Positions 24,401-37,450 of a stretch of 64,000 bases of DNA are shown here, in pieces (positions within the stretch are counted from its first letter, which is position 1; each line of letters starts with the position of its first letter). The notes beneath the pieces were generated by a model, which was not told the origin of the DNA, ran no database searches, and worked only from the letters and a program-made list of their open reading frames with translations. The position numbers and the translations under genes were made by a program. The DNA lies in the NCBI RefSeq assembly GCF_009914755.1, contig NC_060925.1; one strand, given 5' to 3'. Origin of the DNA: the human T2T-CHM13v2.0 reference genome, Homo sapiens.

Positions 24401-26756
24401 TTTCCACAAAACATGTAATTAATAAATTATATTTGCATATTTTGTTTTGTTTCATGTATTTGCTATAGTTCTAATATATTTCTCCAGTACTCTGGTAAAA
24501 CAACTAAGATTAATTATAAAATTAAAAAATAAAAAACAAAAAAATTAACACAAGTTAATTATAAAATTAAATATACAATTCTCACCTGAAGGTCTAGATT
24601 TCATTTTAAGTTCACACTGTCCTCCAAAATCCAAATAGTTTGTGATCCGTGCAAACAGAAGTTTAATAAATTTTATTAACACCTGGAGCACATTTTCTTG
24701 GACATTGTATATTGAAATAAATTTGGTTTTGGTTTGATCCTAAAACTGGTAAGGCAGTTTAGATACAAACCTGGTCAACAGCTTGCCAGGATTAATTAGA
24801 AGACAAACTATGGCCTGGGAAATGGAGCCACTGATGGGTTCAAAGAGGCCCACTGTTATGGGTATATCTCTAGTCTAGGAGCCCTGTATTGATACCAAAC
24901 CACCTAAATATTGTATCTCTTCAATAAACGTGTTTTGGTGGAAAAATAATGTACTGAACACCAATTAGCATGCCAACCAACATCTATCATTGTAAAATAT
25001 CAAGTGTATTTTCTGGTTTATGTCCATCACACCTAGGTTTTGGTACTGTCAGCCAGTTCTCCCAGAGGTTTATTAACCCTGAAGAAATTAATTATTGAGA
25101 TTTAAGGTGGAGTGACCAAATATTGACTTACATAAATGTATCAACCATCCCAAGTCCTTTCCCAATGGCAACAATTTTTTCATGATTATACCACCTGATC
25201 CTTTTTCTAGTGCAAGTTAGTTAAGAGGCTAGGGTGGGTGTCAGGGGTTTGAGATAACACTGGAACCAGTTGAGATGGAGACAATATGTGTATCACATGA
25301 GAAAGCCTTGGAGGGTCTGTGAAGACCTTGCTTTCAACCTGAAGTGCTTTGCAGAGCTGAAGAGCCAATATCAGGGATTAATCATTCTGAACCCCTGTCT
25401 TGGGACCCTGATGGAATTGTGTCATACGAATGGGAACTGTGATTTTCCGGTGCAGGTCTGAGGTGTATTAACCTTTTGTTTATGAGGAGGAGAAAGCAGA
25501 CAAAGAAAATGTGAAGCATAACTTCTCCTGGGACCTTGAGATCTAAGTTCCTGACCAAATACAGCACTGCTGAGCTGGTATCATCAGACCAGTCCACTGG
25601 CGGCTAGAAAAAAATTTAATCTCTTCTGATATTTTCCAAGATGAAAATCCTATGTATATACCTTAAAAGAGCCTATAAAACAGTGTCCTTATTTTGGCCT
25701 TATAATTAAGTAATAATAAAAGGGCTGCACTGTTTTACAAGGCAATATTCTAGTTCCTTAGTGGGTAAGAGACACAGCTGCTTGCCAAAAATTGTAATTT
25801 ATTCTGACAAGTATCGACCACCCCTACTCCTACCCCATAGCCTGATGAGAGAAAAAGGTCTAGGCATGCTCTGAAAGAGCTAAAATAAAGATACAGAAAC
25901 TCTTGTGGGTTACAAAAAAAAAAAAAAAAAAAAAAAGCAGAGGCCATTGACTAGAACAAGGTTAAATTGGACTTGCCATTAGTATAGGTGTCTTGATAAT
26001 GTTGAAAAGGAATTCTGAGGTTAGAAAGTAAAAGGTTTTCTGACTGTTGTCTCTTCTTATAGATGAGAGACCAAGTAGAAGTAGTGTAGTCCACTTCTGG
26101 TCTCTCAGAAACTGCAAGAGCCATGAGAAGGTGCACCATCTTCCAATTAAAAAACAGTAAAATGTGTTTTCATTTTTCCCCCATAAAAGTAATTTTTAAA
26201 GTATGGTTTGGTTTCCAGACAGTTTTAAGAGCTAAAAGGCTCAGGGGGTGGGGGTAAAGTGAGTTAGGAATGGTAGTAACATTTAAATGTGCAAAAAAAT
26301 TACCTTAACTTGGGTGACTTTCAGGAATAGGATATTTGATACCAACTTCTTTTCAGATCAATAGTTTAATTCTTAAAATATTCATATACTGCAGAGTCCG
26401 GATACAACTAAATTATAAAATGATATATTTGAAAAGCATGTATTTCCAGAAAATATGCTCCCAAAGGCCCACATTTTAGTAAACTTGACTCTAGAAGACC
26501 TGCTCTAGGCAATTAAATCTATGTAACTTAACGAAGCCCAGGAGCAAGGCTGCCTTCTGCTATGCTGTTAGAAAAAAATCTCCCTAAAAACTTGCCATTA
26601 TTCTCTTCTTGAAAATTCTTTGCTTAAACATTATTCTGCATTAAAGATATATAAAGTAAAATTATTCTTAAGTGAGCTCAAATTTATGTAAAAGAAAATG
26701 AATTCATCATCATTTGCACCCTTCCCCCTGGAAGGAGGGAAAAGGTAACTTGAATC

Positions 26757-26784
26757 CACACACACACACACACACACACACACA
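26757..26784. repeat. (CA)14 microsatellite
   Basis: Direct reading. Confidence 0.95.
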
Positions 26785-27121
26785 ATGTAGTGATTGGCTA
26801 AATTCTTTCCTTGGCCCTTCAGAAATTATGTGCATTTCCCAATAGCCTTTTCATTGCCAAAAAGCACAATCCTAAGTCATACATATTTTTCCCATTTGGA
26901 AAAAATGGTGCATAATTGAAATGTTTCCAAAAGCAAAATATTTGATTGTATCTTTGGAAGTGACTTTCAGAAAAGGCTAATAAATCTAAAGGTCTCAATG
27001 ATATGAGAAAGGGATCTAAAAATGTCATTGCATTATTTATGATTTTTCAAGTATTCAAAAATTCCTTTAGACTGAGCAATGATTGGCAGCTCCAGAGACA
27101 CCCAAACATCTCCTTAGGGCT

Positions 27122-27580
27122 CCTTTATCAGTTATCTATTGCTGCAAACACCCCCAAACATATGACTTTAAAAAGTAGCAATTATTTCTGACAGTTCTTT
27201 GGGTTAGCTGAGCAGTTCCTTTGCTGATTTCCCTAGGTTTATTTATTCTACTCCATCCATTCACTGGACTCAGCTGGGAAAACTGGCCCCTTTTCTCCAA
27301 CTAGTCTCTTGTTCTGGAACGTTCCATGCCGTGGCCATCTAAGGGATCAGTCCAAGAGGCTCAAGATGGAAACTGTAAGGCCTTTTGATGTTCAGGCTCT
27401 AAAATTCAGAGCATCATTTCTGCCACATCCTATTGGTTGTAATAAGTCACAGTTAGAGCCCAGGTTCAAAGGTGGTAGAGAAATAGACTCCATATTTGGA
27501 TAAGAGAAATGACAAGGTCACATCTCAAAGGGAGGAATTTACTGGGATGGTAGGTTGTGGCCACTACACCATCTACCAGG
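27122..27580 (-). mobile_element. Old MLT1 (H/I/J-type) MaLR LTR
   Basis: tcagttatctattgctgc...ccccaaac; catttctgccacatcctattgg; gaaatagactcca. Confidence 0.65.
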
Positions 27581-28582
27581 GGTGATTTGTAAGACTTGGT
27601 GCTCAGGTCAAGCGTAATGAGGGGCCATTTTTTTTTGACTGGGCAAATGCTAATAGACTGCAAAACAGATGTACTGGTATTTTTACATCCGTGCCCACTG
27701 GATCTTTGTAATCATTGGATTTGGTGAAGTATCGAATCTTGGCTCAGAAAGTGGCTGGCATGCTGTAGAGCTCAGTAAATATTATATGTGTTGAACGAAG
27801 AAAATATGGATAAAGCATTACTCTTTTTATAAAAATTAATTTGTAAGAAAAGAATGTCATGGTTTTCTTGAAGAGGCAGTGGGCAGAGGTGGAACTGGTT
27901 CCACACTTGGAGTCAGATTCAAATTCCCTCCATCACAGTTTCCTGTCATGACACAGTAAAATATGGTGACTGTGTACACAGCAGAAGCTGCTCCTGCTGC
28001 ACACGCACACGCATGTGTGTGTTTGTATGTGTGTCGGGGGCGATTGGAGTGCATATTTCCTCTTGCCTGAAGACTGGGATCAGTGTCTTTCTGCCTGCTT
28101 CTATTTGCACAAACCTGGGTTAAGAAGCTCTAAATTACTGGGTATGTGGCCTTCATCAAATCAGTTATTCTATCTCAGGAGCTAAAAGAACAAGGGTAAC
28201 ACCCTTCCCTGACTCCTCACAGGTTTAATGAGGATAGAATAACACTGTAGTGAATTTGGACGAAAATACTCTGCATCTTCTGAAGTCCAAAGCTGGAACT
28301 GACACTAGTGAAATACCTTTCTTTTTCTCAGATGAACAAAATTGCTCATAGAATGATAATTGTAATCTATATACCTTAGACAAATATATCTACTATTTTG
28401 TAGTTTGTAGCCTCTAAGCGATTTGTATCTAAAATGATTATTTTCAACAATTGCAGCAATTATTCTCTTGTTTTATACTATACACGCAATTCCTGAAAGA
28501 AAAAAAAAAGTTTGAATGAAAAAAACAAAGAGCTGAACATTATGAAGACATTTTGCCAAATTAGTAGAATCTTAAATAATAA

Positions 28583-28841
<259 letters not shown>

Positions 28842-29321
28842 CAAATAATAGTTTTTATGAACTAAATGGCTATATGCTATGGAAATAATATCTGTTTTAT
28901 ATTTTATTTTGTTTTACTTGTGACTCCTTTTTCTGATATTATTTTAATATAGGAGGATGAACAGAAAAATACATATTTTCACTGATGAATACATCCTCCA
29001 GGAAAAGTTAAATTTAGCCTGCAGTGCAAATCCTGAGCCTTTCCTTTTATTCTTAGTGATGTGGTCCCCAGACATCACCAGCCTCCACGCTTTCGTGTTC
29101 ATAGCATTGCTTGGATCCTACTTGCATCAACCCAGATTAAAACACAGTCATTCGCTAGTGGGTATTACAACAAAATAAAACAAAAACTACTTTTACCAAT
29201 CGCTTCAGAAGTTTAGACATTTTACTAAAGATTTGAAGATCGTAAAAAAATGCAGTATTTCCTTAGTTTGCTGTCTTCTTGGCGTTCTTTCTCTATCTCT
29301 CATTTTCTACCTTATTCTTCA

Positions 29322-30420
29322 AAAAATAAAAAAGTAAAAATAGACTAATTGGATTGCATCAAACTGAAAAGCTTCTGCACAGTAAAGGATACAATCAACA
29401 GAGTGAAGAGACAACCTAGGGAATGGGAGAAAATAGTTGCAAGCCGTACATCTGATAAGCAGTTAATATCTAAAATATGTAAGAAACTAAAACAACTCAA
29501 TAGCAAGAAAACAAATAATCCAATTAAAAAATGAGCAAAGGACCTAAATAAATAGATATTTTTCAAAAGAAGACATACAAATGGTCAACAGGCATATGAA
29601 AAAGTGATCAACGTCACTAGTCAGGGAAATGCAAATCAAACCACAATGAGCTATCACTTTACAACTGTTAGAATAGCTGCTATCAAAAAGATGAAAGATA
29701 ACAAGTATTGGCAAGAATGTAGAGGAAAGGGAACTCTTGTACATTGTTGGTGAGAATATAAATTAATATAGCCATTATAGAAAACAGTATGGAGGGTCTT
29801 TAAAAAAATTAAAAATAAAACTATCATATGATCCAGAAATCCCACTACTGGGTATATATTCAAAAGAAATGAAATCAGTATGAATATTTCTTCGTAAGTG
29901 TTTGTGTGTATGTGTATATATATTCAGCCTTAAAAAAGAAGAAAACTCTGTTGTTTGTGAGAACGTGGATAAACTTAGAAGAAAGGCATTTTGCTAAGCA
30001 AAATAAGCAGGGAACAGAAAGACGAATATTGCATAATCTTACTCCTATGTAGAATCGGAAAAAATTGAACTTGGAGAAGGGGAGAGAAGAATGGTGGTTG
30101 CCAGGGACTGGGGGTGAAGGGAGTGAGGTGGGGGCTCAGGAGATATTGCTTAACGGGTAGAAAAGCTTCAGTTAGCAAGATTAAATTCTGGAGATCTATG
30201 GTACTGCATGGTGACTATAGTTAATACCAATGTATTTTATACTCAAAAATTGCTAAGAGAGATCTTTAAGTGTTCTCACAACATCGAAAAAGATAATTAT
30301 GTGAAGCAATGACTGTGTTAATTAGCTTGATTTTGGTAATCATTTCACAATGTATACATATAATCAAAACATCATGTTATACAATGTTCAATAAAGCTAG
30401 GGGAAATAAAGAAACAAAAT
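29322..30420 (+). mobile_element. L1MA-type LINE-1 3' end (ORF2 C-terminus plus 3' UTR), internally deleted
   Basis: ORF 29349-29534 ([28 protein letters not shown]) is L1 ORF2. L1MA-type 3' UTR, AATAAA and an A-rich tail near 30390-30420. Confidence 0.88.
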
Positions 30421-31199
30421 AATACCCTCCTTGTCTTCTACAGATCAGCTCTCACAAGTAGGATTCTAGAGGTCTCCAAGCCCCAAATAAACTTATTAAT
30501 AAATTTTCCCAACAAAGATTTCTTGCTAAAATAATCCCAATGCTAGACGATAAGTGAATGAAAAACCTTCAATTTTAGTATAATTTAATTTCAAATTTCC
30601 ACTCTATAAGCTGATATCTATGTTCTGTTTCATTCACTGAAATTTCTAATGGCATTGATATTAAAAGATAAAATTATTAAATTGGGAATTTTCTTTAAAA
30701 TCTAGTGTTATCCAATATTTCGCCTTGCATGTCCAGACTCTCTTATTCTCCAGAGAAACCAGTGTACTCCTTCCCCAGCTAACTCCTCTTTCTCAATCTT
30801 TGCACATGGCCTTCCTTCCTAAATCATAGATAAAACAGCAGTCATAACATTCCTGAACTTCCTGCTCCTTCTTCTAAAAACTACTTTATATCTGTATCCA
30901 GCCTTACCTCTCCTCATCTGGTCTCAAAGGAAGAGGTATCTCTCCTCCTGCTCAAAGCTAATTCTGCCAACTGTTCTCTTGATGCAGTCAACTCCTTCCT
31001 CTCTCAGTAGTTTTTTTTTTTTTTTTTTTTTTTTTTATCCATTCCCTTTCCCTCTGACATCTTAAGCTTCCCTGTTTCAGCTGTCTTTTCCTTAAAACTC
31101 TCCTTCATTCCTACCCTAGTTAAATTTCACTCTATGGTTCTCTCTTGCTTCTTGCTTCTGCAGCCAAGCTTCCTAAGATGATAGTTCATAATCACCATA

Positions 31200-31790
31200 A
31201 TGACTGCTGTTTTTGCTGCTAGCTTCCCTTCTGCCTTTTTTTTTGTAAATCAGTACCTGATTCTCTCAGAGAAACCATTCCCTCCTGCCTCCTTGTGAAG
31301 TAAACCTCATCTAACCAATATGCGATTTACCTAGGCAACAACGATTGATTCAAGGAAGAACAAGTGACCCAAGTCAGATCCATTAGATCCAATCAGACTC
31401 AAATTCAGGAATTTTTTTTGAGTTATAAATAAAGTGTATTTTCACTTGATCTTAGCCAAGAGGCTGAGAAGCAATGAAGAAAGTGTGGATTTTCTTTTCC
31501 AAGGGTTTGGAAAATGAAAATGCATAGTGCTGGAGCTGCAACAGTCTGTCTGCCAACACAAACGGGAGGGCCCAGCTGAAAAGGGAGCAAAGAAGAAGGA
31601 CTAGCAGAGCAATGGAGAGAAACTGGATCCTGGTGACGTCACTGGTGCTGCTGAGTCCAGCAGTGATTAAAGCCAGAAATACTCTTGGGTATTTTAGTTA
31701 CATGAGCCAACAGATAGCTTTTTGCATAAGTCATTTTAGTTGTATTACTTTTCCTGTCATTTTCAAACAAAAAAAAATCTTATGTGATGC
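31200..31790 (+). mobile_element. Old ERVL/MaLR LTR (LTR16/MLT1-type) hosting the U2 fragment
   Basis: caagtgacccaagtc...ccaatcaga; 3' end ttagttacatgagccaa...tttttgcataag...tgtcattttcaaacaaaa. Confidence 0.55.
31443..31475 (-). pseudogene. U2 snRNA 5' fragment (nt 1-33), tailless retropseudogene
   Basis: Reverse complement ATTGCTTCTCAGCCTCTTGGCTAAGATCAAGTG matches U2 ATCGCTTCTCGGCCTTTTGGCTAAGATCAAGTG at 30/33. Flanking repeats AATAAAGTGTATTTT and AAGAAAGTGTGGATTTT. Confidence 0.9.
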
Positions 31791-32614
31791 CCCTCACAGT
31801 TTCCAATTTCTCAGTTCTCATTTATTTCTCAATCCACTGTAAACTGTCCTCCAGTCTCACCACCCCACTAAAAGTTCTGTTGCTAAATTCACCACCTGTT
31901 TGCCAGACATTATTTCACTTGACTTTCTGTCGAATTTAAAAATATTGGCTAATCTTTCCTTGTTTGAAATTATCTTACTCCTTGAATGTCTTCATTTAAT
32001 TATTTATTGGCTTTCTTCCTGCTTTTCTGCATTTTCTTGTTTCATTCCTCAAACCTTAAATCTTATCCTAACCAGAGTTTCATTCTATTCTTATTCTCTA
32101 AATATACATTCTTATCTTGTGTGATTGCATCAACTGTCAAAGTTTAAATTATCATTTATATCCTAATAGTTTCCAAGTTTACATCTATAGCTCTAAATCC
32201 TCTGAACTATAGACTCATTCATACAGCCAATGCTGTTAAGCATCCTTACCTAAGTGTTCAAAGCTACATTAACATCTTCCCCTCCAAACCTGATTTACCT
32301 CTTTACCATATTTCCTATCTTTTTCTATGTTCCTGTATTTATTACATCAGGCAGTGGCACCACTAACACCACAAATGTACAACTTAGTAACCATCAACTT
32401 CTTTCTCTCCTTCCTCCTCTTCTTCTCTGTATCAAATTCATCACCGATTAGTTATATGATTGGGGAAAATGCTCTAGTTTAGTTGTCTCATAACTTCAAC
32501 AGGTGTTAATAATACTTGTTGAGAAGACTAAATGAGACAATTCACATAAAGCACTTTGAACAGTGGCACCTGTCACATCTTAAATAAATTTAGCTTTTGT
32601 ATCATTTACCTATG

Positions 32615-33130
32615 GAGGTTATAAGCCATTTATCTGTTGAGGCCACGCCATAACTTCACGGCTTAAAGCAACGGTGATTTATTTTGCTCATGAATCCATA
32701 AATCAAGCAGGGCAAAGGAGAGGACAGCTCATCTTTGTCCCATGCAACATCAGGCTGGAAGGTACACTTTCAAGATGGCTCACCCAAAAGGTTGGCAAAT
32801 GGGTGTTGGCTATGGCTGAGCTCAGCCTGTGTTGTGGCCCAGAGATCTACATTGTTCTCCATCAGGACTTCTCTGCCAGTTGGGTTTCCTCACAGAAGGA
32901 GGAATGAGCACCCATGAGGCAGGAAGTGAATTCCAAGAACAAGTATCCCATAGGACAGGAAGTAGAAACCATTTACTATATGGCAGGTAGCGTTCTGGTC
33001 CCAGAAACTGGCACACTGTCACTTCCACTATATTCTGCTGTTCAAGCAGTCACAGAAACCAGATTCAAGGAGAGGGGACAAAACAATTCTCAATGGGAAG
33101 ACTCAATTTCCAGCTAAGTTACAAAACCAC
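32615..33130 (-). mobile_element. Old MLT1 MaLR LTR
   Basis: ggcttaaagcaac...tttattttgctcatgaatc; ttcaagatggctcac; cccagaaactggcacactgtcacttccactatattct. Confidence 0.65.
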
Positions 33131-33380
33131 CCCTGGCCTTTTCCCTCCATACCCCCATCCTCCTTCTCTCCATAACCACCTCCAGGACTTTCCTTTTAGC
33201 CTTTATTATATTTCCTGAACTGTTGTCACAAGCTACTAATTTATCTCCTTGCCTTTTTTTACTCTCCTCCAATAACTTCCCCACACTGATATTTCTAAGA
33301 TTATGCTATGTGTACTTCCTTTAAAGCCTTTTAAAGGCTCCCTAAAATATGAGTAATATCCAAATTATTTAGTATAGTAT

Positions 33381-33940
33381 CCACAATTCCCAAACTGTGC
33401 ACCAAATCGAATCAAACTCACAGTTGTGTGGTAGAATACTTAAAAGTTTCCAGACAAACACAAAGACATCTGTTAGACACTGTGAGTTCTGTTACAGGCT
33501 GTCATAGCTCAGGGACATTAACGGTTTCAATAACAGGTCTAGCTACATTTCTTTTGATGACTTTATATCTCTGCAAACCTTGGTTTTGGGTGGTTTCTAT
33601 GGTTGAAAAAAAGTACTATGTGAAAATCAGTATGGAACAGGAAATGAGGATGATAGTATCCAGTCTAAATCCAGGATTCTAGAAGTTGCTCAGTGCCCAA
33701 TAGCCATGCACATTCCATTAATAGACATGATTTAAAATGCAATAAGAATGTTGTTTTTTTCAATTTACATATATTATTTTTCAAACAGCTAGTAAATTGT
33801 TAGGACATAACTACTTTGTAAATTGTTTGGGCCTATGTACTTAATGAACAGAACTGTTGAGTAGTATTTTTTATCCTAGGACTACCATGAAAAAATATGC
33901 GAAGTCACTAAGGTAGATGAGAAAGTTTGGGAAAATTGTG
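33381..33940. mobile_element. hAT-Charlie DNA transposon relic (Charlie4-like)
   Basis: Terminal inverted repeats cacaattcccaaact and agtttgggaaaattgtg. Internal gaacaggaaatgagg...ccagtctaaatccaggattctagaagttg is typical of a Charlie transposase 3' end. Confidence 0.6.
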
Positions 33941-34379
33941 CCATAATGTATGAGACAGAAATGTAAGAAAAGATATTTTAAAAACTGTTGGCCATCTTCT
34001 CTTTTTAAAATATCTCCTCCAGCCACTAAGTTACCTAGTGAGGAGGAAAGACGTTTGCTTGAGTTAGTCGGGATTACATTACTCTGTGCCTCACATACTA
34101 TTTCTTTCATCTTTACCCAAAATGTCAACCCCTCTGGCCAACTTTATTCTTTCCAGTTCTCAATCCTGTAATGCTTTATGCTTTTCTGTAATCCAGATTG
34201 TCCTTCCTCACTTTTCATTGTACCCTCTGGAACTTCCTCCACTATCTAATCACTCTTCCATATCCTGAATTTTTTCACAGCACACATCCTATACTTTAAC
34301 CAAAATAAATTTCTCCCTAGAGCACGTGGCCAGTGGAAGCTCTTGATTTTTTACTATAATGAATATTCCTTCATATATT

Positions 34380-35210
34380 CTCCTAGTGACTAACTTGCTT
34401 GTCATAGACAATACCAGACCTTTACTTTCTAGTCTTTTGAAACCCTTGTGTTCTGGTGAGACCTGCCATCTCCTCTGCTCACCCCAGCCCCTCTCTGTCA
34501 TGAAGAGCCTTTTGCTTCTCACTCCTCACAGTAACTTCCCCCATTCATCAGTGACTTTGCCCTCTGGCCCTCAGACCTCTTCTCCACCCTGTCTGGTCTC
34601 CATCCTGAGTGACTTCAGCAACCATTTGAATGAGTCACTCCACACCCAGGCCTCCCTGGTCTCCTCATCTCCAATTACCGGCTCTTCCACTCCACATCAG
34701 CCAGCCCAGAGTCACAATGTAGCCCAGAGGTTTCAAAGTATGGTCATACCCATGCCCTATTGATGGTCTACTCTTCCACAGTTTCAGCATAATTATTTTT
34801 CAGACTGCTCTCATGTCATAACAAGACAAAAGCAGAAAACCTCACTCCCTTGCTCTTACCTCTGTTTCCGGAGCCTAATTTCTTGTGAAAAAAAAAATAT
34901 CACCTAGCCTTCTTTTCTCACCTCCCACTTTCTCTTTAATTCATGCCAACTTTGTTTTTGTCTCAACAACTGCTTGGGCATGGTCTTTACTACAGTCATC
35001 AATCACATCACGTGACCAAATCTGGCAGCCATCCTATTGGATCTTCCAGCAGCATTCATACAGTTCATCATTCTTACCTTGTTAATGTCTTTCTTTGCTT
35101 CCACCACCCTATCCCCCACCTTTCCTGGCCCCTCCTATTCTACCTACCTTTAAATGTTGGACTGTCTCAGGTCTCTGTTCTACACATTCTTTCTTCTCAT
35201 CCACATTAGG
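34380..35210 (+). mobile_element. L2 internal fragments
   Basis: catcctgagtgacttcagc (endonuclease ILGDFN-like region); tcttccagcagcattcatacagttcatcattc; cctttaaatgttgga. Confidence 0.5.
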
Positions 35211-35236
35211 TTCCTAAGTAATGTCACCTGTTTTCA

Positions 35237-35581
<345 letters not shown>

Positions 35582-35849
35582 CTAGCTGACACCCTGGGCA
35601 AGTCACTAAATTCAATTAATTTTCTACGGAATATCTACTTTTTAGCAGGCACTATCCTAGGCACAACAAATACAGACTAACCAACATGCACTTCTTGCAC
35701 TCAAGAAGATCACAGTCTCTTATTTTTTCTGAATGTTTTTCCTTACTTGGATAACACGGAAAAAATTACTAAAAGGTTAGTAATAGTTCTATAAAAAATA
35801 CTAATAATATACTAACAGTAAAACAAATATTAAGTTATTTTATTTCATT

Positions 35850-36250
35850 TTTTTACTCTGCTAAGTACTTGCTATGTATTATCTCATTTAATCTTACTAC
35901 AATCCTATAAGGTAGATATCATTACCCTTGATTTACAGTTGAGGAAACTGAGGCTCAGAGACCTAAGAAAACTTTCTCAAGGTCACAAGAGTTAGAAGGT
36001 GGCAGAAAAAAGTTTCAAGCCCAGGTCTGTATGACTCCAAAACCCATACTCTTACTTCTGTAATAATGATAATTATTATACTTAATTTTACTATTATGCT
36101 AAACATTTTTACATTTTATGTTTTTAATACTCATAGTTACTCAAGGAGATAGATCCTAGGCTTATTCCTATTTTACAATGTGAAAACTGGAACTTAGAGA
36201 AGGTAAGAAGCTTATCTGACTACAAATGTAGTTCATGGTGGAAGAGATAG
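35850..36250 (-). mobile_element. Two consecutive MIR fragments
   Basis: tatctcatttaatcttactacaatcctataaggtag...gaggaaactgaggctcagaga...aaggtcaca; second core cctattttacaatgtgaaaactgg. Confidence 0.75.
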
Positions 36251-37344
36251 CCAGACTGAGTCAGAGCTCTTTGCTGGCAGAGGGTAGGAGGGTACTGCTG
36301 CCTCACAATGACCCAAGAGCCTGTGGGTAAGGGATGGGGAAGTTTAACAGGTGAGATTGTCCCTAAGGCCCTAGTTCAATGAGAGCGGCACCACTCCTAC
36401 CTGCTTTATATATTGATTTGTGTCACAAGATTTCATTTTAAAAATAATAACAATGAAGGAAAAACATTTCATGATCTTAACCATGTGTGATAGACCACTA
36501 TTATCTCATTTCTCAAGGTCCCTTCATAAAAAGCCACACATAACCCAATTCTCCTGAAGCTAAAACTGGAGGTTAGAAACAGCTTTGTTGATGTGGGGGA
36601 AATCTATTCACTTTCTCTTCCTGTCATTGAAAGTTTAAGGCCAAATTCCAACTCAGCGAGAATCTTGTAGCTTACTTATCTGGATTCTTTTCTTTTTGGC
36701 ATTAACCACCTCATGTTTCCCGTCTGTTGGTCCAGATGCTTTAAATTTTTGTATGTGTTTTCAGTAAGTTGCTTCAGATTTTTTTTTTTGAACAAGATTT
36801 GGTACAATCAATGATAATGTATGTGAAACACTTGTGAATCATAACTGTAAATATATAAACATAGGGAAAGAAATACAAGAGTCATAGTCTTTTTAACAAC
36901 TGCCTTGTAGCCCAGCTATGTCTCTCTCAGATACGGTGAAGTAAAAATTTGAAGAACTAGATAGAGTCCTGCAAGTCCTCACAACATTCTAAGGATGGGA
37001 AGACCTACAGAAACTAAGTGTTCATTGTTCAGCAATTCAAGAAAAAAAATGGAATTCCTCATTCATTAAGTGCTTGTTCTTTAAAAAATTAATGTACTAC
37101 TCTCATATAGAAAGAATTTTATTCTGAGGATTTTCCTCCAAATAATCAGGTTCATCTGATGTGTATATAAGTTATTTAAAAATAATATGTGCCTCTGTAC
37201 AACTGACTGCTCATAATTTTGAAATGACCAAGTGCAGAGTTATATATTTACTTATACAAATTATATAGTCATACAGAAAATTTCCTCAAAGAAAACAGTA
37301 TAGAATAATACTTTATTTTTAAAAAAGAAATTTAAAGTGGCATT

Positions 37345-37450
37345 AAATCAACTATCAAATATTTATTGAGTGCCTACACTCTACAGCAGGCACAGTTATA
37401 GGCACTGGGGACACACTGATAAAAACACAGGCAAGGTCTCTGTGACCTAT
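37345..37450 (-). mobile_element. L2 3' end
   Basis: caaatatttattgagtgcctac...aggcacagttataggcactggggacac. Confidence 0.75.

Larger units (their letters stand above)
30760..32450 (+). mobile_element. L2 fragments interrupted by the LTR at ~31200-31790
   Basis: Pyrimidine-rich L2 motifs (tctcctcctgctcaaagctaatt; ctcaatccactgtaa; tttaaattatcatttata; cagtggcaccact). Confidence 0.6.

Noticed and set aside
34359-34763. 134-aa Ser/Pro/Leu-rich ORF
   Set aside because: The composition reflects pyrimidine-rich L2 sequence.
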